The position numbers were made by a program, and so were the translations under genes. Positions 10,001 to 19,977 of a stretch of 24,000 nt of DNA are shown in pieces. Under the pieces are notes generated by a model. The model made no database searches, was not told where the DNA came from, and saw only the letters and a program-made list of their open reading frames with translations. The first letter of the stretch is position 1. Every line of letters starts with the position of its first letter. Origin of the DNA: an uncultured Pseudomonadota bacterium (GTDB lineage Bacteria > Pseudomonadota > Gammaproteobacteria > Coxiellales > Coxiellaceae); NCBI GenBank assembly GCA_963716455.1, contig CAVQTK010000011.1, positions 81,795-105,794 on the forward strand, read 5' to 3'.

Positions 10001-10252
10001 GTAATAGCTCAGTTGGGGGGTACCTGCCTACAAGTGAACGTTCAGCTGTTAGACAAGTTTGAATGAAAAATTGACGAGAAAGCGGAATGGACACTTAAAT
10101 CACATTTCATTACCGTCATTGCGAGCGTTAGCGAAGCAATCCAGTACAATGTTGGTGCAAAGTAAACCAAGCATTGCACTGGATTGCTTCACTCGCAAGC
10201 TCGTTCGCAATGACACGAAATAGCTGTTCCAAGCTACAGGGTGAGTTATTAC
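10001..10252. mobile_element. MITE family A, copy 1 (252 bp, carrying a nested palindromic repeat)
   Basis: Termini are GTAATAGCTCA... and ...TGAGTTATTAC, inverted with 1 mismatch in 11. A 54-nt block (10024-10077) is identical to 22305-22358. The 8-bp direct repeat TATTTGAA lies at 9993-10000 and 10255-10262, with a 2-nt offset on the right side. Confidence 0.75.
10115..10214. repeat. Intact palindromic host repeat (GTCATTGCGA...GAAGCAATCC arms), nested inside MITE A copy 1
   Basis: The left arm is GTCATTGCGAGCGTTAGCGAAGCAATCCAGT. The right arm is ACTGGATTGCTTCACTCGCAAGCTCGTTCGCAATGAC. The same repeat type is split by the IS at 11975-13274. Confidence 0.8.
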
Positions 10253-10253
10253 A

Positions 10254-11412
10254 TTATTTGAAGGCATCAAAACCTGTAATATATTTGCCAATAATTAAGT
10301 GGTGAATATCGTCAGTGCCCTCATAGGTAAAAATCGTCTCTAAGTTATTCATATGACGAATGACGTGATATTCCAAACTTATTCCGTTCGCGCCCAAAAT
10401 ATTTCTAGCTTGACGGGCGATATCAAGAGCTGCGCGTGATGCATTCATTTTAGCTAAAGAAATCATGGCGTAATGAGCTTGGTGGTTTTCTTTTAAGCGC
10501 CCAATATGCAAATTTAACAATTGTGTTTTAATAATTTCATTACACATTGCTACTAATTTGGATTGTACCAGTTGAAAACAGGCAATAGGTTTATTAAATT
10601 GTTTACGCTCTTTAGCATAATTTAATGCAATGTCATAACATGCTGCAGCAGCACCCATCGCTCCCCAGGCGATGCCATAGCGTGCTTCATTTAAGCACTG
10701 CAATGCATCTATTAACCCTCCAGTAGCTTGTGATAAATAATTTTTTTCAGGAACAAAACAATTTTGTAAAATTAATTCTCCTGTTGAGGAGGCGCGCAAT
10801 GACAATTTATGGATAATTTCTCTACATGAATACCCCGGAAACTCTTTTTCCACGATAAATCCACGAACTCCTGCAGATGTTTTTGCCCATACAATAGCAA
10901 TATCTGCCAGCGGTGCATTAGTAATCCACATTTTACTGCCATTTAATAACCAGCCATCTGCAACTTTTTTTGCAGTGGTATGCATACTATTTGGATCGGA
11001 TCCTGCATCTGCCTCAGTTAAACCAAAACAGCCGATAATTTGCCCGGCAGCTAATTTTGGCAGCCAGTGCTTTTTCTGTGCTTCGTCTCCAAAACGAAAA
11101 ATTGGGAATGCCACTAAGGAATTTTGTACCGACACGAAACTGCGCATTCCACTATCACCGCGCTCTAATTCTTGACAAACTAAACCATAAGCTACTGCTT
11201 TAATATTACTTCCGCCATAGGTTTCTGGAAGAGTCATCCCCAATAATCCAAGTTGAGCAAGATGGGGGATCAAATCTATAGGAAAATAGGCTGCTTCAAA
11301 GTATTCAGTAATTTTCGGGAGTTAATTCTCTATCGATAAAATTTCGCACTGTATCACGGATTAAGCGCTCATCTTTTTGGAGTAACGCATCAAAGTCAAA
11401 AATGTTATTCAT
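10254..11412 (-). pseudogene. gcdH: Glutaryl-CoA dehydrogenase carrying one frameshift
   Basis: ORF 10254..11273 is an acyl-CoA dehydrogenase with GCDH-type motifs (YGIAWGAMGAA, TYEGTDDIHHLIIGKYITG). The missing N-terminus (MNNIFDFDALLQKDERLIRDTVRNFIDRELTPE) lies in another frame and ends at 11305. Removing one base from the T4 run at 11312-11315 (A4 on the coding strand) restores ...ELTPEITEYFEAAYFPIDLIPHLAQLG..., with the spacing expected for GCDH. Confidence 0.75.
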
Positions 11413-11416
11413 GATG

Positions 11417-11884
11417 TTAATGCAGTAATTTTTTACGATTTTCAAATTGACGCATAGCTTGCAGTACATGGATAAGCTCAACAAAATCTTTGCTGAGTTT
11501 ATCGAAAAGTTCATTATCATAGATTTGTTTAAAACGAAAATCTGCGAGGATATGATATGCCTGCTGACCTATACCAATAAAATATTCTAATGACACATTT
11601 TTGCGCAATGCCCGTTCAGGGAACAATCCAGTTAGTAGTAAACATTTATCTCCTACTTGGCGCAAGAGCTCACCACCTTGTCTGCCTAACTTTTCAAAGG
11701 CCAATAAAAAATCAATAGCCATAGTAACATTCGCCAAACTTTTTTCCGTAGTAAAGTGGTCTAAAGTAAGTACTAGGTAATGTTCTACATTGTTATCAAA
11801 ATGATAACCTGCTTGTAATGAAGCTTCATCAACCAAAGCCTGCCACTCGGCAAGCTGAGTGGATTGGGGAATGAAACGAGCCAT
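11417..11884 (-). CDS. Hypothetical protein (155 aa), adjacent to gcdH
   Basis: It has a strong Shine-Dalgarno sequence (AAGGAGGG) 6-8 nt before the ATG. Its stop lies 4 nt before the gcdH ATG. I recognise no motif. Confidence 0.55.
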   Translation of the reverse strand: MARFIPQSTQLAEWQALVDEASLQAGYHFDNNVEHYLVLTLDHFTTEKSLANVTMAIDFLLAFEKLGRQGGELLRQVGDKCLLLTGLFPERALRKNVSLEYFIGIGQQAYHILADFRFKQIYDNELFDKLSKDFVELIHVLQAMRQFENRKKLLH

Positions 11885-11974
11885 AATCGTTCCCTCCTTT
11901 TTTATTATATGCGTATAATTTGATTATAGTATATTTTTTTTAAAAACAGTTCCTATTAGGGTCTGTTGACAATT

Positions 11975-12013
11975 GTCATTGCGACCCCGAGCGCGAGCGA
12001 GGGGGGAAGCAAT
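11975..12013. repeat. Left arm of a palindromic host repeat split by the IS110-family element
   Basis: GTCATTGCGACCCCGAGCGCGAGCGAGGGGGGAAGCAAT has the same ends as the arms at 10115-10146 and a longer GC-rich interior. Confidence 0.75.
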
Positions 12014-12043
12014 TGTAAGTTTTAAAAGTGATATGATGTACCT

Positions 12044-13166
<1,123 letters not shown>

Positions 13167-13215
13167 TCATTTAAAATATAAAAATAATTTAAAAAATGGG
13201 TGAGACATAGTTGAT

Positions 13216-13274
13216 CCAGTACAGAGCATTGTCCAAAGTACGAACTAGATTGCTTCGCTAACGCTCGCAATGAC
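13216..13274. repeat. Spacer and right arm of the palindromic host repeat split by the IS
   Basis: CCAGTACAGAGCATTG...AGATTGCTTCGCTAACGCTCGCAATGAC aligns with 10141-10214. It supplies the last codons and the stop of hemY (…CHCER*). Confidence 0.75.
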
Positions 13275-14454
13275 AATAATTTTGATAAAAAAGAGCTGCA
13301 TGCCGATAATATTTTAAAGCCGTTTCTTTATCATTAGAGGCTTCTGCAATTTCCCCTAACGCTTGATACGTTGCTGCTGTAGGTTTTATTGATAAATTTT
13401 GTAACAGATATTCGCGCGCCTTTCCCCATAATCTTTCACGTATACATAAACGGCCTAAACAAAATAGTAATTCTGGGCGTTGAGGATAGGGTTGTAGCCA
13501 CATTTCGGCTTGTTGTAATTGACGGTAAGGTTGGGGGGATGTAATAGAACTGTAGGCGAGCACTAAGTCAGCATACCAACCCTTTTTAAGGGTTCGCTCA
13601 ATTAATCGTACTGCACTCTCAGTTTCTTGTAGAGAAATTAATAAATTCATATAGGTTTTTATAACGGTTCCATTTTCTTGCCAAATTGTGGGGATTTTTT
13701 TCCAGGTTTTTTTTAAAAGAGCAGAATTTTCTTGTGAGGCGGCATGATGCAGTAACCCAACATACAATGTTTCACCAACCAAATTTAATTTTTCTACGGG
13801 TAAAATGTTATGTTTTTGCAAATAAGGGAATATTTTTTCTAAAGAAGACCAATCTCGTAACTCAAAAAGTACTTCTTGCAATAGTCTTAAAATTGCCGGA
13901 TGAGTAGGTAGCAAAGTTTGTAAGTTTGTTAGTGTAACTAGAGCTAATTGCCACTGCGCAGAATGCATTTGCAAGCGCGCACGAGTAAGACCGACTATTA
14001 TTGGTGCACCTGGAACTTTATGCAGGGCTTGTTGTAAATAGGTATCGCTTTTTTCTTCAAAACCTTGGAAGTGAGCTGCAATAGCCGTACCAAGATAATT
14101 CACCAATGGAATATGAGAAAAAGTAGCTTTATTAAAATAATATTCCGCTTGAGTCCATTTTTCTTCTGCCATTTGACATAATGCAACTTGTGTAAAATGT
14201 TGAGCACGTTTAAGGTCGCGAATGAAAAACCATCGAGATAACTTGCTGGGTAAGTTTTTTCCATAGGCTATAAATTTTAATAAGAAGTGAAACAGAATAA
14301 AGATCAACAGCAAAATAAGACCCGCAACCCAGACACTCGTTTCAATACTCCATTTAGCAAAAGTAATCAAAACATAACCTGAATCTTGATGCATTTTCAG
14401 ACCCAGCCATATTGCGATTAATAGAAGCAAAAAACCGAGCAATAGTTTACGCAT
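13258..14454 (-). CDS. hemY: HemY-like membrane protein (heme biosynthesis-associated, TPR-containing)
   Basis: 398 aa with two N-terminal transmembrane helices followed by TPR-like repeats. It sits last in the hemC-hemD-hemX-hemY order. Confidence 0.8.
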   Translation of the reverse strand: MRKLLLGFLLLLIAIWLGLKMHQDSGYVLITFAKWSIETSVWVAGLILLLIFILFHFLLKFIAYGKNLPSKLSRWFFIRDLKRAQHFTQVALCQMAEEKWTQAEYYFNKATFSHIPLVNYLGTAIAAHFQGFEEKSDTYLQQALHKVPGAPIIVGLTRARLQMHSAQWQLALVTLTNLQTLLPTHPAILRLLQEVLFELRDWSSLEKIFPYLQKHNILPVEKLNLVGETLYVGLLHHAASQENSALLKKTWKKIPTIWQENGTVIKTYMNLLISLQETESAVRLIERTLKKGWYADLVLAYSSITSPQPYRQLQQAEMWLQPYPQRPELLFCLGRLCIRERLWGKAREYLLQNLSIKPTAATYQALGEIAEASNDKETALKYYRHAALFYQNYCHCER

Positions 14455-14457
14455 GCT

Positions 14458-15417
14458 TTAAACCTCCACACCCATTGGTGGTGAGGGTTTAGAAGTAGAG
14501 GGTGTTAAATAGGAATTTATAGCTTCTAATGATGCATTGAGAGTGGGCATGTTAGGTTGAATATTAATGCGAATGAGTTCGTTGACACGCTCTACTATAT
14601 TATTGCGGGACGCGGCATCCGGATAATAGCTTAATAATAATTGGCGGACGCGTATTAAGCTTTGATAATATAAATTTTGTTTATTAAGTAGCACGGCCCA
14701 CTGTGCTTCTTTTAAAGTAAACTCCAGATTTTGGCGTACCAACTCCCGCTGGTCAGGAGATAATATGGGTTGGGTTTGAGAGTTATAACGAATAACCAAT
14801 AAACCTTTTAGATGTGACCAAAGAGAAAAAAGTGCTCGTTGATACCAGTGTTGATTTGGGGCCTGATTTTGTGGTACTGAATTTATTTGGGCGGGTAACG
14901 TTATTTGCTGTCGAATTAATTCGAGTTGATTAATAGATTCGCCGAGTAACTGTAAACGTAATAATAAATCTCCCGTATCAATTATTGGTATGGCTTTTAG
15001 GCGGTTGATATCACTCGCTAACGCTTGAATTAAAGGTGATAGACGCGGATCTGACAGTGTTTTTACCATCTGCTCCGCCATCAGTAAAATTTGCATAGCA
15101 TTGGTAGGATTATGATTAATTTGTAGATAGAGGTTAGCAAGATTTATTAAATAATTAATTTCAGTAAGTGCTTGCTGGATATTATGTGTATTAAATTCAC
15201 GTTGGATTGTGTTTAATTTTTCTTGTAAGCCAGTTAAGGTTAACTGTTGCTGTTCAGTTTGTCTGCTTAAGTTACTGATTTGTTCTTGCAGCTGAGACTG
15301 TTGGTGGTGGATTTGGTGTAATTGTCTTTGCCAGTAAAAATACCCTGTAATCAAAATGGCAACGATTAGTAACAATATAATCCCTACCCATAACCATTTT
15401 TTTGGATTATTTCCCAT
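14458..15417 (-). CDS. hemX: HemX-like membrane protein (uroporphyrinogen-III C-methyltransferase-like, coiled coil)
   Basis: It has a transmembrane helix (WLWVGIILLLIVAILITGYFYW) followed by a Q-rich coiled coil. The likely start is the ATG at 15417 (MGNNPKK), overlapping the end of hemD. Confidence 0.75.
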   Translation of the reverse strand: MGNNPKKWLWVGIILLLIVAILITGYFYWQRQLHQIHHQQSQLQEQISNLSRQTEQQQLTLTGLQEKLNTIQREFNTHNIQQALTEINYLINLANLYLQINHNPTNAMQILLMAEQMVKTLSDPRLSPLIQALASDINRLKAIPIIDTGDLLLRLQLLGESINQLELIRQQITLPAQINSVPQNQAPNQHWYQRALFSLWSHLKGLLVIRYNSQTQPILSPDQRELVRQNLEFTLKEAQWAVLLNKQNLYYQSLIRVRQLLLSYYPDAASRNNIVERVNELIRINIQPNMPTLNASLEAINSYLTPSTSKPSPPMGVEV

Positions 15418-16165
15418 CGGTATATTCCTGAAGTGTTGCGAAAATAGCTTGTTCACTAGCGCCAGAAGTTAATAATATCTTACGCATGCCCCATTGTTTG
15501 GCTTGAGTGTACATGCTATGGTTTATTACTAATAAAGGGATTTGTTGCAGCCACTCTTTATAAGTTCCAAGTAAATGAAATAAATTGGTTAAGCTTTCGC
15601 CGCTAGTGCTGATAATTATATCAATAACAGCATCTTTTAACTCAGAAAACTTTTGTTTTACATCATACACAGGGCATTGTCGACGATAGCAAATTATTTC
15701 TTGGATGTTAGCACCTTTAGTAATAAGCGTTTCTTTTAATAAATCTCGGCTTTTTTCGCCACAAACTATTAAAATGTTTTGTTTATAGATGGATTGTAAA
15801 ATAGGTAATTTTAACAGCCCTTCGCTGCTATGAGATTCGGGTATCCAATTAACTTTTATGCCCGCTTTTTCTAAAGCGGCAGCAGTTCCTGGGCCAATAG
15901 CGGCAATGCTGCATGAAGAAGGTAAGGGTTGCGGTAACCAAGGTAGTGCATGATTAACAGCATTAGCACTCAGAAAAATAGCTAGCTGATAATTACCCAT
16001 TTCCTGATGCAATGAACCCAAGATTGGATGATTATTCACCGGTAGAATTTCAATAGTTGGCAAAACAACGGCTTTTCCCCCCAACATTTGTATTTGTTGC
16101 ACAAAAGATTGGGCTTGATGAAGTGGGCGGGTCACTAGGATAGTCTTTCCAGCGAGTAACTTCAT
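15407..16165 (-). CDS. hemD: Uroporphyrinogen-III synthase
   Basis: 252 aa. The N-terminus ILVTRP..Q, the HemD-like two-domain length, and the position after hemC all fit. Confidence 0.85.
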   Translation of the reverse strand: MKLLAGKTILVTRPLHQAQSFVQQIQMLGGKAVVLPTIEILPVNNHPILGSLHQEMGNYQLAIFLSANAVNHALPWLPQPLPSSCSIAAIGPGTAAALEKAGIKVNWIPESHSSEGLLKLPILQSIYKQNILIVCGEKSRDLLKETLITKGANIQEIICYRRQCPVYDVKQKFSELKDAVIDIIISTSGESLTNLFHLLGTYKEWLQQIPLLVINHSMYTQAKQWGMRKILLTSGASEQAIFATLQEYTDGK

Positions 16166-16482
16166 ATTGTTCCAGGAGAAATTAATTTATGAATCATATA
16201 AGCCGGGGTTTCATAAGGATGTGCGATTAAGAGAGCAGCGACCACTTTTGCTAGGTACAGCTCTTCGCATACCATCTCTACTTTGTATTCTGCCTCCTGG
16301 GAAATTTTTTCGATCTCACCCTGAAACGGTTGGCTGCCAGGCAAGGGGCGGTATTGACCTGTGCCAAGGACTTGCCAACTGCAATGGTCATAATTACCTA
16401 CTTTGCCTGCACCTTGTTCGAACATAGCATTTTTAACTATTTCTAGATGACTTTCTGGGACGTAAAAAATAATGCCATACAT
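16162..16482 (-). CDS. Small NIF3/YqfO insert-domain-like protein
   Basis: 106 aa. FYVPESHLEIVKNAMFEQGAGKVGNYDHCSWQVLGTGQYRPLPGSQPFQGE...HPYETPAY resembles the PII-like insert domain of YqfO/NIF3 proteins. This is from memory of that motif. Confidence 0.55.
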   Translation of the reverse strand: MYGIIFYVPESHLEIVKNAMFEQGAGKVGNYDHCSWQVLGTGQYRPLPGSQPFQGEIEKISQEAEYKVEMVCEELYLAKVVAALLIAHPYETPAYMIHKLISPGTI

Positions 16483-16491
16483 ATGTTTTCC

Positions 16492-17412
16492 CTATGGATT
16501 AAGTAATTTTTGCGCACCTTTAGCAAGTAGTTTGTCAGCTAATTTGTGCCCTAAACATTCTGCCTGGTCTACCCTACCTTGTGAGGATTCACGTAACACT
16601 ATTTTTCCGTTCATGCTACCCACTATTGCGCTTAATGTTAAAGTTTGATCTTTAATAGTGGCATATGCACCTACTGGAGTATAGCAGTCTCCACCTAAGC
16701 GATAGTTTACGGCACGTTCTGCCTTAACGCATTGATGACTATCGTAGTGGTCTAAAATTTTTAACAGAGTATGCATTGCCTGATCATCCTCTCGACACTC
16801 AATGCCTAAAGCCCCTTGACCAATAGCAGGAATAAATTCGTCAGGATCCAGGTACTCACAAATTCGCTCTTCAAGCTGGAGACGTTTCAACCCTGCGCTC
16901 GCCAAAATGATAGCATCAAATTCGCCTTGATCCAGTCTAGCTAAACGTGTGCCAACATTGCCGCGTATTGGTTTAACTACTAAATCGGATCTCTTCGCCA
17001 ATAATTGGCATTGACGCCTTGGACTTGCGGTACCAATTGCTGCACCGACTGGCAAATTTTGCCATTGTAAGATGCGATTTTTGCTAACAAGTACATCACG
17101 GGGATCGTCGCGCTGACAAATGACGGCTAAGTTTAATCCTGGGCAGGGTGAGACTGAAAGGTCTTTTACCGAGTGTACGGCAATATCGGCTTTTTCTTCC
17201 AATAAAGCAATTTGTAATTCTTTAACGAATAAAGATTTGCCTTTGAAGTCACTAGATAAAGTGGGGGATACTTTGTCTCCAGCAGTGATGAAACCAATTA
17301 ATTCAATATTAAGAGATGGATAGTGTTTGTGTAAAATTTGCTTCACAAAATTGGCTTGCCACCAAGCCAAAGGACTCTTACGGGTAGCGATACGTAATAA
17401 TTTACTGGTCAT
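16492..17412 (-). CDS. hemC: Hydroxymethylbilane synthase (porphobilinogen deaminase)
   Basis: 306 aa. IATRKSPLAWWQA, AVHSVKDL, GNVGTRL and the dipyrromethane cysteine region LGGDCYTPVGAYA are all present. Confidence 0.95.
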   Translation of the reverse strand: MTSKLLRIATRKSPLAWWQANFVKQILHKHYPSLNIELIGFITAGDKVSPTLSSDFKGKSLFVKELQIALLEEKADIAVHSVKDLSVSPCPGLNLAVICQRDDPRDVLVSKNRILQWQNLPVGAAIGTASPRRQCQLLAKRSDLVVKPIRGNVGTRLARLDQGEFDAIILASAGLKRLQLEERICEYLDPDEFIPAIGQGALGIECREDDQAMHTLLKILDHYDSHQCVKAERAVNYRLGGDCYTPVGAYATIKDQTLTLSAIVGSMNGKIVLRESSQGRVDQAECLGHKLADKLLAKGAQKLLNP

Positions 17413-18302
17413 TTTTTTGCTAGATTGAGTAGAATCTGATCCTTACGATGCCATAGTTGATTAAGCCATTGCTGAATATGTTTCCGAAATGTGCGATCTG
17501 TATAAGCATCACCGATTAAATCTGCTGACACAGGTAATAATTCATAATGTAAATAAATTCCCTCGATGTTGCCACAAAGAAATTGCCAGAAAGAAATTTC
17601 TCGAGGACTATAAGCCAAGGTTACATCTAAAATGCCATTAAGTTGGCGGTGCATTTCTTGGATAACCAAAGCGGTACCCATTGCTTTAGGTTTTAATAGC
17701 ATTTGGTAGGGTGACTGTTGTTTTTGGTGTTTTTGCCAAGAGAAACGTGTTCCTTCTACAAAATTCATTACTGTAGTTGGAAATTCCTTAAATTTAATAC
17801 AGGCTTTTTGTGTTGTGGCAATATCTTTTCCCTTTAACTGCGGTTTTTTTCGCACTTCATCATGGCTATGCCGAGCCATAAATGGGTAGTCTAAAACATA
17901 GCAAGCAAGTCCAGCCAAAGGTAAAGACCAAATCAGATCCTTTTTCATGAAAAATTTTAATAACGGTATTTTATGACGAAAAAAAGTGCCTAAGATTAAA
18001 ATATCAAGCCATGAACGATGGTTACAAATTAAAATATACCAGCCATTAGGATCGAGGTTGCCATAACCCGACATGTGCCATTTTTTATACGTGCACAGTT
18101 GCATGATCCAGAAATTAACATCCATCCACCAAACTGGCCATTTTAACAACCAGTTTTGACTGTTGTGCCGCCAAGAACTATAAGGCAATAAGTGAATTGG
18201 TCCAGAGAGTAGCACGACTACACTGGCTACAATTAGCATGTTAATAAGCAGTAAGAATAGAATAAGAATGGCGCGTAATGGGTTTAACAGTTTACGGTAC
18301 AT
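17409..18302 (-). CDS. PlsC/YihG-type acyltransferase (lysophospholipid acyltransferase family)
   Basis: It has the HX4D motif ICNHRSWLDILIL, the EGTR motif FVEGTRFS, and an N-terminal transmembrane helix. The ATG at 18302 is preceded by GAGGAG; the ORF track opens at GTG 18311. Confidence 0.8.
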   Translation of the reverse strand: MYRKLLNPLRAILILFLLLINMLIVASVVVLLSGPIHLLPYSSWRHNSQNWLLKWPVWWMDVNFWIMQLCTYKKWHMSGYGNLDPNGWYILICNHRSWLDILILGTFFRHKIPLLKFFMKKDLIWSLPLAGLACYVLDYPFMARHSHDEVRKKPQLKGKDIATTQKACIKFKEFPTTVMNFVEGTRFSWQKHQKQQSPYQMLLKPKAMGTALVIQEMHRQLNGILDVTLAYSPREISFWQFLCGNIEGIYLHYELLPVSADLIGDAYTDRTFRKHIQQWLNQLWHRKDQILLNLAKK

Positions 18303-18352
18303 TTTAATCACTCCTCTTAAATTTATTCGCCGCCCACTTGCTGCGGGGATTT

Positions 18353-18859
18353 TTAATATCCTAAACTTCTTTGGGATGGGTTGAGTTTGCGTAATTTTTC
18401 TGCCTCTTCGTAAATGTCACCTTGCTCTGGTTCGAGACGAATTTGAAATGGGCAATCTTCCCGTACAGAAGATTCGCAATTACGATAGCCACCTAAGTTT
18501 TCGCCCCATTTTTGTCCACTAGGTTCTAATGCCAATGTACCATAGGCAAGTAGTATGGGGAACATAGTGGGGATATCACCACGATAAACACAAAAAATTT
18601 GTCCGACATTCGTGCCTCGCCACTGTGCGCCTGAAAATTTATCAACTTTATCTACAAAAGATAAGTCATAACTTTGCCAGCCTCCCGGTGCGGACCAGGT
18701 CCTTTTTTCAGTATCTTTTTGCAAGGTTGATAGGAGTGGACAATAAAATAAATTATTTGCACTAGTAGTGCTCTCACCATGGGCAAGTCTAAAACAAGTA
18801 CTCACCAGGAGGACAACGGCATATCTCATTATTTGTATCATATAAACCGCATTGTGCAT
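18353..18859 (-). CDS. Exported hypothetical protein (Cys-containing, signal peptide)
   Basis: MRYAVVLLVSTCFRLAHG|E looks like a signal peptide, so the likely start is the ATG at 18829. I cannot assign a family with confidence. Confidence 0.55.
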   Translation of the reverse strand: MHNAVYMIQIMRYAVVLLVSTCFRLAHGESTTSANNLFYCPLLSTLQKDTEKRTWSAPGGWQSYDLSFVDKVDKFSGAQWRGTNVGQIFCVYRGDIPTMFPILLAYGTLALEPSGQKWGENLGGYRNCESSVREDCPFQIRLEPEQGDIYEEAEKLRKLNPSQRSLGY

Positions 18860-19017
18860 TCCACACTTTTTTTATTAAATAGAAACATTATCATATAATG
18901 GTGATTTTGTCTGTTTGACTGTTAAGTCATGGTTAGCCATTTTGGGGTTCGTCTGTTGTAATGAATGGTTTTCTTTTGGTGGGATCAACTTTGTCAGTTT
19001 ACTTAAAGGAGAAAGTA

Positions 19018-19831
19018 TTGGCTACCTATATAATCGGTGATGTGCAGGGCTGTAATACTGAGCTTCAAGCCTTATTGGCATTAATAGAGTTTGATCCTAA
19101 GCAGGATCGATTAGGTTTTGTAGGCGATCTAGTAAATCGCGGCCCGGATTCTTTGGCAACTTTGCGATTTATAAAAAATTTGCCTGACCCATTAGTCGTA
19201 TTAGGAAATCATGACCTGCATTTATTAGCAATCGGATACAATGTGGTGTCTTATGATGGTGGCCATACTTTAGATGAAGTATTGCAAGCTCATGATAAAG
19301 AAGAATTGCTGAATTGGTTGCGTTGCCGACCTTTATTATTATATGAGGCATCTTTTGAGACTGTATTAGTGCATGCGGGCATTCCACCTCAATGGGATTT
19401 AACTCAAGCCATAAGTAATGCGGAGGAAGTTGCAGAGCAGCTTCTGTGGCCCTGATTTCTTAGATTGTTTAAGTCATCTTTATAAGGGTGAGCAATGTTC
19501 TAGATGGCGAGAAGATTTAAATGACTGGCCTAGATTACGCTATATAGTTAATGCTTTTACCCGCATGCGATTTTGTGAGGAGAATGGGACTTTAGATTTA
19601 TTCAATAAAACCGCTCATTCTTACCGGACAAACAAAGATTACGACCTTGGTTTGAATGGACTACATTGGCGCAACGGGTCATATTTGGGCATTGGGCAGC
19701 TATTGAAGGACGCTGCTCAAATCCCTCATTATGTAGCATTGGACACAGGCTGTGCATGGGGTCATTCGCTAACTGCGTATCGTTTGGAAGATCAACACTG
19801 TTTTTCTTTCCCTTGCCAGGTGCAGGTTTAA
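19018..19831 (+). pseudogene. apaH: Bis(5'-nucleosyl)-tetraphosphatase (symmetrical) ApaH, inactivated by at least three frameshifts
   Basis: A TTG start at 19018 follows AAGGAG. ATYIIGDVQGC...GDLVNRGPDS...GNHDLHLL is colinear with ApaH. Homology then moves from frame 1 to frame 2 (~19444-19450), to frame 1 (between ~19600 and 19645; PWFEW...VIFGHWAAIEG), and back to frame 2 (~19725-19732; VALDTGCAWGHSLTAYRLED). Confidence 0.85.
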
Positions 19832-19977
19832 GTCTAAGTTTTATGATAGAAGTTGACGGTAAAAAAATCACTTTAGAAGAAATAGTCATTTTTTCACGAT
19901 AGTTTTTAGATTCTTTAAGAAGCTAGCAAATTTCTCTACTATAATATTTTTGAAGCTTGAATCTGGAGGAGAGATGC

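Noticed and set aside
10100-10291. ORFs lie inside MITE A copies (10100..10291 - and 22323..22520 -).
   Set aside because: They fall entirely within repeat DNA and the two copies differ in their interiors. There are no translation signals.
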